Origin: an uncultured Planctomycetota bacterium
GTDB taxonomy: Bacteria; Planctomycetota; Planctomycetia; Isosphaerales; Isosphaeraceae
NCBI GenBank assembly: GCA_963823665.1
Contig: CAWGMQ010000008.1
Location: 1,664,001 to 1,728,000 of the forward strand
Length of the DNA stretch: 64,000 bases
Direction: 5' to 3'
The translations under genes and the position numbers were made by a program. This document shows, piece after piece, positions 31,179 through 42,922 of the stretch (position 1 is the first letter of the stretch; every line of letters starts with the position of its first letter). The notes under the pieces were generated by a model. That model ran no database searches. It saw only the letters and a program-made list of their open reading frames with translations, and had not been told where the DNA came from.

Positions 31179-34100
31179 ATGAACGTCCGACGTCATCGAT
31201 CGATTTTCCGTGCGGTTACCGGCTTTGCTCTCTCGCGGCCGCGCAGGCGAAATTCAATTCCACGGGTCGAGCCACTCGAAATCAGGCAGCTTCTCTCGAC
31301 AGTAAACTGGATCTCCACTACCAGCGGCTCCTGGGACGTGGCCAGGAACTGGAGCACCGACAAGGTCCCGGGACCGACGGACGACGTGGTCATTGATGTC
31401 TCGGGCGCGAGTCCGACCGTGACGATCGGCTCGAACGTCGAATCGGTGAATAGTATTACGGCCGACGATCCCCTGGTCATCTCCGGCGGCGGTTTGACGG
31501 TCGCGGCCAACTCGACGATCAGCGGCGGCCTGGCGATGACTGGCGGCTCACTGACAGCTAACGGGTCCGACGTTTCGTTGATGGTCACGGGGACGACGGC
31601 AGTTTCCGCGGGGAATCTGTCCACCCAAAATGGCGCGATGCTCAGCCTTCTACAACTGACGAGCTATACGGAACCGACTTTTGACAGCTCCACCACGCTC
31701 CAGGCATCGGGAACGGGAAGCGTGCTGTCACTGCCGGCTTTGACCTCCATCGCCACGACGTCCGGATTCGACACGACCTACGTTGAGGCACTGTCGGGAG
31801 GGGACATCGAGCTCCCCGTGGTGACGCAGCTCAGTGGGTCGATCGATGTCGAAAGCGAAAACGCCAGCAGCAGAGTCAACCTGTCGGGCCTCGCCGACTT
31901 TAATGGCGGGTCGCTCACGGTCACTAGCCAGGGGACCGTCCTGGATCCGGATCTCACGACCCTCAACGGAGTGAGCGTGACCCTCGACGGCACCGGGACG
32001 ATGGCGACCGCTCAGTGGGCCACCCTGACCGGCGGAGGCTTGACGGTCACAGGGGGGACTTATCCATTCAACTTGACCGACATCTCCAGCGCTGGAGTCC
32101 ACGTCAGCGGCGGGGCGCAAGTCTCGCTGGCGGATGTCACCGACGCCGACTTCGCCAGCATCTATGTTGGCGGCGGGACGACGCTCTCTTTGCCGGCACT
32201 GACCAGCTATACGGAACCGACTTTTGACAGCTCCACCACGCTCCAGGCATCGGGAACGGGAAGCGTGCTGTCACTGCCGGCTTTGACCTCCATCGCCACG
32301 ACGTCCGGATTCGACACGACCTACGTTGAGGCACTGTCGGGAGGGGACATCGAGCTCCCCGTGGTGACGCAGCTCAGTGGGTCGATTGATGTCGAAAGCG
32401 AAAACGCCAGCAGCAGAGTCAACCTGTCGGGCCTCGCCGACTTTAATGGCGGGTCGCTCACGGTCACTAGCCAGGGGACCGTCCTGGATCCGGATCTCAC
32501 GACCCTCAACGGAGTGAGCGTGACCCTCGACGGCACCGGGACGATGGCGACCGCTCAGTGGGCCACCCTGACCGGCGGAGGCTTGACGGTCACAGGGGGG
32601 ACTTATCCATTCAACTTGACCGACATCTCCAGCGCTGGAGTCCACGTCAGCGGCGGGGCGCAAGTCTCGCTGGCGGATGTCACCGACGCCGACTTCGCCA
32701 GCATCTATGTTGGCGGCGGGACGACGCTCTCTTTGCCGGCACTGACCAGCTATACGGAACCGACTTTTGACAGCTCCACCACGCTCCAGGCATCGGGAAC
32801 GGGAAGCGTGCTGTCACTGCCGGCTTTGACCTCCATCGCCACGACGTCCGGATTCGACACGACCTACGTTGAGGCACTGTCGGGAGGGGACATCGAGCTC
32901 CCCGTGGTGACGCAGCTCAGTGGGTCGATTGATGTCGAAAGCGAAAACGCCAGCAGCAGAGTCAACCTGTCGGGCCTCGCCGACTTTAATGGCGGGTCGC
33001 TCACGGTCACTAGCCAGGGGACCGTCCTGGATCCGGATCTCACGACCCTCAACGGAGTGAGCGTGACCCTCGACGGCACCGGGACGATGGCGACCGCTCA
33101 GTGGGCCACCCTGACCGGCGGAGGCTTGACGGTCACAGGGGGGACTTATCCATTCAACTTGACCGACATCTCCAGCGCTGGAGTCCACGTCAGCGGCGGG
33201 GCGCAAGTCTCGCTGGCGGATGTCACCGACGCCGACTTCGCCAGCATCTATGTTGGCGGCGGGACGACGCTCTCTTTGCCGGCACTGACCAGCTATACGG
33301 AACCGACTTTTGACAGCTCCACCACGCTCCAGGCATCGGGAACGGGAAGCGTGCTGTCACTGCCGGCTTTGACCTCCATCGCCACGACGTCCGGATTCGA
33401 CACGACCTACGTTGAGGCACTGTCGGGAGGGGACATCGAGCTCCCCGTGGTGACGCAGCTCAGTGGGTCGATCGATGTCGAAAGCGAAAACGCCAGCAGC
33501 AGAGTCAACCTGTCGGGCCTCGCCGACTTTAATGGCGGGTCGCTCACGGTCACTAGCCAGGGGACCGTCCTGGATCCGGATCTCACGACCCTCAACGGAG
33601 TGAGCGTGACCCTCGACGGCACGGGCACGATCGCCACCGCCCAGATCACCAGCTTCACCAGCGGCACGCTGAGTCTCAGCGCCGGGACCGTCAACCTGTC
33701 GGCATTGACCGATATCGACGGCTCCGCGTTCCAGGTCAGCGGCGCGGTTATGGTCACCCTGCCAGCCGTCACCAGCGCCACCGGTCCCAGTTTCGAGGTC
33801 AGCGGGGCAGCCTCGCTCACAGTGCCCGCCCTGACCACCTATACCGGGGGCAATGGCGGCGCTGACACATGGGAGGCGACGGGCGTCGGCAGCGTGCTCT
33901 CACTTCCCGCTCTGACCTCGATTACCGAGAATACGAGCTTCTACGCCTTGACCAAGGTCCAGGCTCTGGCCGGGGGAGACGTGCAATTGCCCGCGTTGAC
34001 CCAGCTCAGCGGCGGACCGTTCCAGTTGGAGAGCGACGGCACGGGGAGCCAACTCAAGGTCGCAGCCTTGAGCAGCATCCAGGCTCAGAACACCATAACC

Positions 34101-37100
34101 GACCAGTCATCGCTCCAGGACACCAACGGCGGCACGGTGCTCGACGGCAGCCTGACGAGTCTGAACGGCACCAACGTGACCCTCGACGGCACGGGCACGA
34201 TCGCCACCTCCCAGATCACCACCTACACTAGCGGCACGCTCAGTCTCAGCGCCGGAACGGTCAACCTGTCGGCATTGACCGATATCGACGGCTCCGCGTT
34301 CCAGGTCGGCGGCGCGGTCACGGTCACCCTGCCAGCCGTCACCAGCGCCACCGGTCCCAGTTTCGAGGTCAGCGGCGGCGCCTCGCTCACTGTGCCCGCC
34401 CTGACCACCTATACCGGGGGCAGTGGCGGCGCTGACACATTGGAGGCGACGGGCGTCGGCAGCGTGCTCTCACTCCCCGCTCTGACCTCGATTACCGAGA
34501 ATACGAGCTTCTACGCCTTGACCAAGATCCAGGCCCTGGCCGGGGGAGACGTGCAGCTGCCCGCCTTGACCCAGCTCAGCGGCGGACCGTTCCAGTTGGA
34601 GAGCGACGGCGCAGGGAGCCAACTCAAGGTCTCAGCCTTGAGCAGTATCCAGGCTCAGAACACCATAACCGACCAGTCATCGCTCCAGGTCACCAACGGA
34701 GGCACGGTGCTGGATCAGGATCTTTCCACGGTCAACGGCGTGAGCCTCGTCGGCGATTCTACGGGTACGTTCACCGTGTCGGCGACTTTCGGGCTTTCCA
34801 TCACGGGAGGAACGAGCACCGTCCAAACCGGAACTTTGATCGATCAGGGCAACCTCAACGTTCAAACCGGCGCCACGCTCAATATCGAGGGCGGATTGTC
34901 CGTCAACGGGTCCGGGATTCTGACCACCGCGCCAGGAAGCACCATCCAAATCAGCGGCGACCTGCTCGGCACGACCCAGAACGCCGATGATTTCAACCCC
35001 CGGGGGTTGGTTGAGTTCGACAGCGGTACCGGCACGAGCGATCCTCCGCAGGAACTGGAGGCCATGTCGGCCGATCTCGGGGCCGTTCAGGCGGGATTCG
35101 TCAACAATTTCGCTTATGGCACGATCAGCCTGACCAGCAGCACGTCGGTCGAGGTTGTGGATCACTCGCACAACACCACGAGCACAAGGCCCGAAGCGGT
35201 CTATGCCAACGAGCTGATCGTGCCGAGCGGCGCCACGCTTAACTTGAACAACCTGCACGTCTACGTTCGCGGCGACCAGATCAGCGGCACGATCGTGGGA
35301 GGAACGGTCATTCTGGTTCGCTCGGGCGGCTCGATCGCTCTCAACACGCCGACGCCAGGGACACTCTCCCCGGCCGGTGCTGTCGATGATTGGACGTTTT
35401 ACGCAATCGCCGGAGAATCGATCACGGTCCAACTCAATCCGGGCGGGAGCGGCTCGTCGCCGGCTCTCTCACCCTTACTGAACTGGGGCCAAGTCGAGCT
35501 GCTCGACCCGAACAACGACGTGCTGGCTTCGGCCTCAAGCACCTCATCGGGTGCAATCGCGACGATCAGCGGTTTCAGCCTGCCTGCAAGCGAAACCTAC
35601 ACCATTCAAGTCCAGGCGCCAGCCGGCCACCCTGCCAGCACCGGCAACTACGTCCTCTCGACCTATAACATCACGCCCAACGTCTACCCCCTGACGGTCA
35701 ATCAGTCATCCACCGGCACGATTCGCAGCGGCTATGGGGTCGACCAGTGGACCTTCACCGGCGCGGCCAACGAGCAGGTCGAGGTCAACGTGATCAGCAC
35801 GGCCGACGGCAGCGTGGCGTTCGATCTGACTGGCCCGAGCGGAACGGTCTTCAACAACCTTCAGACGAACTCCGGCCCGGTTACCCTGCTCTCCAGCGGC
35901 AACTACGTTTTGACCGCTCATGGCACCGGCGGACAGGGAGGGGCCTACGCCTTCGAGCTCGAACAGACTTCGTTCAACAGCCTCACGCTTGGAACTCCCT
36001 ACAGCGGGACGCTAACCGGCAGCGGCCAGGCCCAGCTCTTTTCTGTCAACGTGACATCCACCCAGTCGCTTTTTGTGACGCTCCAGGACACTTCCTCGGC
36101 TGACGTCAACCAGATCTATGCCAAGCTCGGCTCACCGCCTACACAGTCCAACTACAACTTCCAGTCCTCCAGCGGCGTCTCCTCCAACCAGCAGTTACTC
36201 GTCCCCTCGGCAGCGCCGGGCACCTGGTACTTCTTGGTCTATTCCGTGTCGGTGCCGTCGGCGAGCACATTCACCCTCTCGGCATCCGGGGAGCTAGTGA
36301 CGCTGACTGCCGAAGCCCCCTCCAAATCGGCGGCTGGAAACACCGCGACGCTGACGCTCACCGGTTCGGGATTCGACAAGACATCGTCGGTCCAGTTGGT
36401 CTCGATGGCCAACACGGTCTTCAAGGCAACCAGCGTGTCGCTCGACACATTCACGCAATTGACGGCCACGTTCGACCTGAGCAGCGTGCCGCAGGGAACC
36501 TATTCGGTTGTGGTAACCAATCCTGGCGCCCAACGTGCCTCGCTCGCGGGCGCTTTCACGGTCACGCCGGCTGGGGAGGCGCACTTTGTCTCGCACCTGA
36601 TTCTTCCAAGCAAGATGGGCCGTCACATCTCTTCGACAATCTACGTCGACTACGCCAATACGGGGAGCGAGGCCATGCCGGCCCCACTGCTTGTGCTCGA
36701 GGCGCCTCCGGAGGTGATCGACGGCCAGACGATCACCAACCTGCCTCTGTTCACCCTGAACCCGTCGTTGGTGGTCTCGGGCTACTGGACCTCGGCCATT
36801 CCCGAAGGATACTCCAACAGCGTGGAGATCCTGGCCACCGGGAGCGAGGTGCCCGGCTGGCTCGAGCCGGGCGAATCTGAGACAGTGCCGGTCTATTACG
36901 CCGGCATGCAACAGCCTTGGAGCTTCGCGGAGACTAGCTTCCAGTTCGCACTCGACTATTACAACCTGCACGATACCACGGCTCTTGATTGGAGCAGCCT
37001 CCAAGCAAGTCTCGAGCCACCGGGGATCTCCACCACGGCGTGGAATGCCATCTCGAGTAACCTCTCGACCCAGGTCGGAGGCACCTGGGGCAGCTACGTG

Positions 37101-40100
37101 ACGATGCTGGATAACGAGGCATCGTACCTTGGCCAGTTGGGCGAGGACGTGCAGGACGTCAGCGAGCTCTGGTCTTTCGCCATGATGCGGGCCGACGGCT
37201 TGACCCCCACGCCAGAGCTAACCGGCGCCACCGACATCGACGTCGCGGTTCCGGGTCAGGTGTCCCTGGATTTCAGCCGGGTAGATCAGGAACCACTCAG
37301 CGCCCGCGACGCGGTCGGACCACTCGGCTACGGCTGGACCGACGCCTGGCAGTATTCGTTGAGCGTGGCGTCCGACGGCACCGTAACCGTGACCATGCCC
37401 GGCGGCGAACAGCGGGTCTTCCAGCCCGACAGTCGAGGCAGCGACTACTTCGATCAGCCGGGTGACTACGGCATCCTCACCGAGGGGACCGGTGGAACTT
37501 TTTCGCTACAAGAAACCGACGGTGAGATCGAGGAATTCAACAGCAACGGCACGCTCGACTACATCCAGGATACCAACGGTAACCGGATCACGGCCGGCTA
37601 CAACTCAAGCGGCCTGCTCAACAGTCTCACTGATACGTCCGGCGCATCCCTGTCGATTGCCTACAACGCGCAGGGTTTAATCGGGTCCGTCACGAGTTCC
37701 GATGGACGCACTGTCAACTACGCGTACGACTCCGGCGAGCACTTAATCTCCGTGCAAAGCTACGACGGTGACGTGACCCGGTTTACGTACGAGTCCGGCT
37801 CGAATGCGGCAACGGAAAATGCCTTGACGTCGATCACAAATCCCGATGGGACGTCCCAGAATTTCACGTACAACTCGTCGGGTCAACTCGCCGGTACGTC
37901 GCAGGCGGGCGGCGCCGATCCCGTGACCTTCAGCTACAACGCCGGCGAGGTGACCGTAACCGACGCCGCCGGCGACGCCAGCCAGTACTACTTCGATGAG
38001 AACGGAGAGCTGTTGAAGACCGTCGACCCGTTGGGCAACGTCACGTTCGCCACATTCGACAGCAATGGTAACCTGACGAGCTTGATCGGCCCTACCGGGC
38101 TGACAACGAAATACACATACGATTCCAACGGGAACCTGACCAGCAGCACGGACGCTCTGGGGCAGACCACTTCGTACACCTACACGTCCTCTGACAACGT
38201 ACTGGCAAGCGTGACCAACGCCCAAGGAGATACCACCAGTTACAACTACGACGCCAGCGGCGATTTGACCTCGACCGAGAACCCGGACGACTCGGTCGAG
38301 AGCGCCACTTACGACGCGCTGGGCGATCCACTCTCTCTGACCGATGCAGACGGCCAGGTGAACAACTACACGTACAACGCCGCCGGGCAGGTCACAAGCG
38401 CCACCCTTGCCGGTGGCTCGACGATGACCTACACCTACGACCCAGACGGGAATCTCATCACGGCGACCGACTCGTCCGGCGTCACGACGCTAACTTACAA
38501 TTCGGCGGACGAGCTTACGAGCATCGTCTATCCGACGGGGTTGTCCCTGCAGTACACCTACAATGCCGGTGGCCAGCGCACCCAGCTGGCCGAGCTGTCG
38601 GGTTCGACAATCACGTACACGGTCAATTACAGCTACAACTCGCTCGGCCAGTTGGTCCAACTGACCGATGGTATCGGTGCAAACATCATACAATATACGT
38701 ACGACAACATTGGCGAGCTGACTCGAGAGGACAAGGGAGACGGCACCTATTCGACGTACACCTACGACGCCGACGGCAACGTCCTGGACCTGGTGAACTA
38801 CGCCGCAAACGGCACGGTCGACAGCAGCTTCGTGTACACCTACAACGCTCTGGACGAAGGAGACCAGCATGGCGACAGTGGACGGCACGTGGACCTACGG
38901 GTACGACAACGATGGCGAGCTCATCACTGCCTCATTTGCCTCGACCGACTCCGCCATCCCCGACCAAAGCCTGACCTACGTCTATAACGCGGCGGGAGAT
39001 CGCACTCAGATGATCATCAACGGTGTAACAACCAATTACACCAGCAACAGCGTCAACGAATACACCACCGTCGGCGGCACAACCTCCGAGTACGACGCCG
39101 ACGGCAATCTGATTTCGATGACCGATGCCTCGGGAACAATGACATACAGCTATAATTCCCTCAACCAGCTAACCGGTGTCAGCTCGCCAACCGCGAGCTG
39201 GTCCTACCAGTACGATGCGTTCGGGAATCTGGTTTCCACGACCTCGAACGGCCAGACGACCGACAACCTGTTCGATCCAGCCGGATTGGGCAACCTGGTT
39301 GGCCAGTACACCACCTCGGGAAGCCTGATCGCCAGTTACGCGTACGGTCTGTCACTCGTGAGCCAGGTCACGCGGAGCGGGGCGAACTACTACGACTTCG
39401 ACGCGCTGGGCTCGACCGCGGATCTGACCAGCACGACCGGTGGCGTGGTCGCCACGTACAGTTACCTTCCCTCCGGCGGCTTGCTCGTCGGCACGGGGAG
39501 CGTCGTTAACCCGTTCACGTTCATCGGCGAGTATGGTGTAACCAGCGACGGAAGCGGCCTGCTCGACATGAGGCATCGGTTCTACAATCCGAGCACAGGC
39601 CAGTTCGTGTCGAACGACCCGCTTGGGCTCGGTGGCGGCCAAGTGAATGTGAGAGAGTATGTCGGCAACGATTCTGTTGGCGCCATCGATCCGAATGGAC
39701 TTGCGTCGCCGGGCAACTCACTCGGCGCGGCCGTCGCTGGCGCTCCGAACTCGCTCGGAACCGCGACCCCGGCGTCGACGACTGACAGCGTCGAAATCAA
39801 TACCGGTGGCGAGATCAACCCACTGGCAAGCAATAATGCGGCTCTTCTGGCATGGGAGAAAGCGGTATTGAGCCATTTGCAGGGTCCTCGACTCAGCTCA
39901 AAACCCACGCCGCCTCCGGCCAAGGTGGTGTGCAAACCGCTGTCGGAATCCGACACCGGCTACGGTTTCTTCAGTGGCTCACTTGGCAGCACCACAATGT
40001 GCAAGAACCCCGGCAGCGGCGGAGGTGGTGGCGGAAGCCCCTCCACAGCCGGGGCCTACGATCCCAACTCGATGCTCGGCCCGACCGGCTATGGTGGCCA

Positions 40101-42768
40101 GAATTTCGTAACGGGTTCGGCTCTTACGCTCTATCCGTACCAGATCAACTTCGAGAACTCGCCGTCGGCTACCGCCCCCGCCCAGCAGGTTGTAATTACA
40201 GACACACTCGACCCAAACCTCGATCTAAGCACGTTCCAACTAACCGAGATCGACTTCGGTGACACCGTGTTGACAATTCCGCCCGGCAGTCAGGATTATC
40301 AGACCACGGTTTCGATGACCTACAACGGCGTGACCTTCGACGTCGTCATCAGTGCGAGCCTCAACTATCAGACCCGGGAACTAACCGTCACGTTTCAGTC
40401 GATCGATCCCAACACGCAGCTCCCACCCAACGTGTTGACGGGCTTCCTGCCGCCCGAGGACGGTACGGGCCGGGGTGAAGGATACGTCAGCTTCGTGATC
40501 TCGCCCAATGCGGGCCTGGCCACCGGCACACAGATTCGCAACGTGGCCAACATCGTATTCGACGGCAACACGCCGATCGCCACCGACCAAGTGAGTGACG
40601 AAGACCCCAGCCACGGGATCGATCCGACCAAGCAGGCTCTGATCACAATCGACAATACAGTGCCCACGAGCACCGTGGCGGCACTGCCCGCCACCGAGAG
40701 CTCGACGAGCTTCACCCTGAGCTGGTCGGGAAGCGATGGCGACGGTTCGGGGACTGCTTATTACAACGTCTACGATTCCGAGGACGGCGGTCCATTCAGC
40801 AACCTTGTGATGAGTACCACCAAAACCTCAACGACCTTCACCGGCCAACCTGGTCACGAGTATAGCTTCATCAGCATCGCGACCAGCAATACCGGCATCA
40901 ACCAGCCCGCGCCGAGTGTCGGCCAGACCACGACCGAAATCGTCACCACGCCTCCGCCGTCCCAGCCCGCTCCTCCCGTGCTCCTGCCAGCCGATGACAG
41001 CGGCATAAAAGGCGACGAGATCACCGACGACGCCAGCCCCAGCCTCACCGGCACAACCCAGGCGGATGCCACCGTGCAACTCCTCAACAGCTCGAACACG
41101 GTCGTCGCCACAACCACCGCGAATGCCAGTGGCAGCTACACGGTCGCAATCCCCGGCGCGCCTCTCAGCCCCGGCGCCTACACATTCACGGTAGCGGCGA
41201 GCAACGCGGGCGGCTCCAGCCCCGCCAGCAACCCATTAACTCTGACCATTGTCGCCGCACCAGCAACCCCCAGCGCCCCCACGCTCCTGCCCGACGACGA
41301 CAGCGGAATCAAGGGCGATGGAATTACCGATGTCACAAGCCCAAGCCTCACCGGGACCACGATTGCCGGCGCCATCGTCCAGTTGCTCGATGTCAGCGAC
41401 AACATCATCGCGACGACGACGGCGAATGCCTCCGGAGTGTATGTCATCCCGTTGAGCTCACTCGCGGTCCGGACGTACCAGTACAGCGTGCAGACGGTTG
41501 ATCAGTACCGGGACGTCAGCGACCCAAGCCCGGCGTTCTCACTGACGATCGTCGCCGCGCCAACGACGCCCAGCGCGCCCACGCTCCTGCCCGCCGCCGA
41601 CAGCGGAATCAAGGGCGATGCGATCACCGATGATGCCAGCCCCAGCCTCACTGGCGCCGCGTTCGCCGGCGCTACGGTGCAATTGCTGAACGCCGGCGGT
41701 GTCATCGCGACGGTCACTGCCGGCACTTCGGGTAGCTACGTCATCCCGATCCCCGGCCCGCTCTGGCCGCAAATTTACCAGTACAGCGTGCAGACAATCG
41801 ACCAGTATGGCGACGCCAGCAGCCCGAGCGCCGCATTCTCACTGATGATCGTCGCTGCACCGGCAACACCGAACGCCCCAATCCTCCTCCCAGCCGACAG
41901 CAACGGCAGCCCCGGAGGCGAGACGACCGACGTCATCAGCCCATCTTTAACAGGCACCACGTTTGCTGCCGCGACCGTGCAGCTTCTGAACGCGAGCGGC
42001 GCCGTGCTGCAGACCGTGAAGGCCAGCAGCACGGGTGTCTACACATTGCAGGTGCCGGGCCCGCTCACCGTCGGCTCGTACACGTACAAGATCGAGACGA
42101 CCGACCAATACGGCGACATCAGCAGTCCGAGTCCAGTGCAGACCATCAACGTGGTCAGCCCCCCGCCTCCGCTGGTCACGGCGCAGTCCTCGTACGCGGA
42201 AACAATGAAGGTCGGCAAGGGGAAGAAGGCGAAGAAAGAGACAGTAATCGTTCTCCAGTTCAACGGAGCACTCAACGCAACTGCCGCCGACAACGCTAAC
42301 GCTTACGACCTCGCGCCGGTCATCACCGTCAAGGCGAGTGGCAAGGGCAAGAACCGCAAGCCGGCGACAACGAAGCTCGGCGCGCCCGTGCCCGTGGCTT
42401 CGGCGTCCTACACTTCCTCGAACAATCAGGTGACGCTCACTCCCCGCGGCACGCTCAGCGCGTCGAAGCCTGAGGAGCTCATCGTGAGCGGCGCTCTCTT
42501 GACCGACACGCTGGGCCGTGAGATCGACGGCGACCACAGCGGCCAACCTGGCAGCGACTACATCGCGACAGTCAAAGGATCGCGAGTAACCCCCGGCGGG
42601 ATCCCGCTGGCGCGATTGCAAACACAGCCGGCCTCTGCGTCAACGGTAATCGACGCCTTGCTCGCCCGCGGCGAGTTAGCCGAGATCACACGCTCCCTCC
42701 GCGCCCGCCACGAGCACCCTGCTCGAAGCGCAGTGACGTCAACCGCTTCCACATCGCGAATCGATTGA
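31179..42768 (+). CDS. Giant secreted RHS/YD-repeat protein (~3,860 aa), single apparent +1 frameshift at ~38859
   Basis: N-terminal VEPLEIRQLLS export motif; LxLPALT solenoid repeats; PPC-like and IPT-like domains; YD repeats; RHS core ending YVGNDSVGAIDPNGL; DPN-started domain; FN3-like domain; four Ig-like repeats; Lys-rich terminal domain. GAC GAA G GAG ACC AGC ATG shows one extra G joining the two ORFs. Confidence 0.88.
31660..33622 (+). repeat. 543-bp (181-aa) near-identical tandem repeat, ~3.6 copies, within the RHS gene
   Basis: Shadow ORFs recur at 31728/32271/32814 and 32015/32558/33101 (period 543). The copies look identical apart from isolated changes (TCGATCGAT vs TCGATTGAT). 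Confidence 0.95.
33606..34712 (+). repeat. 570-bp (190-aa) tandem repeat, ~2 copies, within the RHS gene
   Basis: GTGACCCTCGACGGCACGGGCACGATCGCCACC occurs at 33606 and 34176, and the downstream sequence is highly similar. Confidence 0.9.
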
Positions 42769-42922
42769 CGTCATTAACTCGCAAGGTCAGACAGCTCCCT
42801 CATTTGTCGACGTCAGCCCCGGTCCAGGTCGAACAGCTTATGTGCAATTGCCGGAGACCAACCCGTTACGGCACTCGTGATAACAGATCGCCCTGTCACA
42901 CACCAACGACGAGGGACACACC

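Noticed and set aside
31660..33622. Repeated small shadow ORFs (130, 71, 70, 65 aa) suggesting a multi-gene cassette array
   Set aside because: They are alternative-frame by-products of the 543-bp in-frame coding repeat of the RHS gene.
38850..38990. Programmed frameshift or genuine two-gene split in the RHS locus
   Set aside because: No slippery heptamer is evident, removal of one G restores a continuous YD repeat, and similar indels occur throughout the window.
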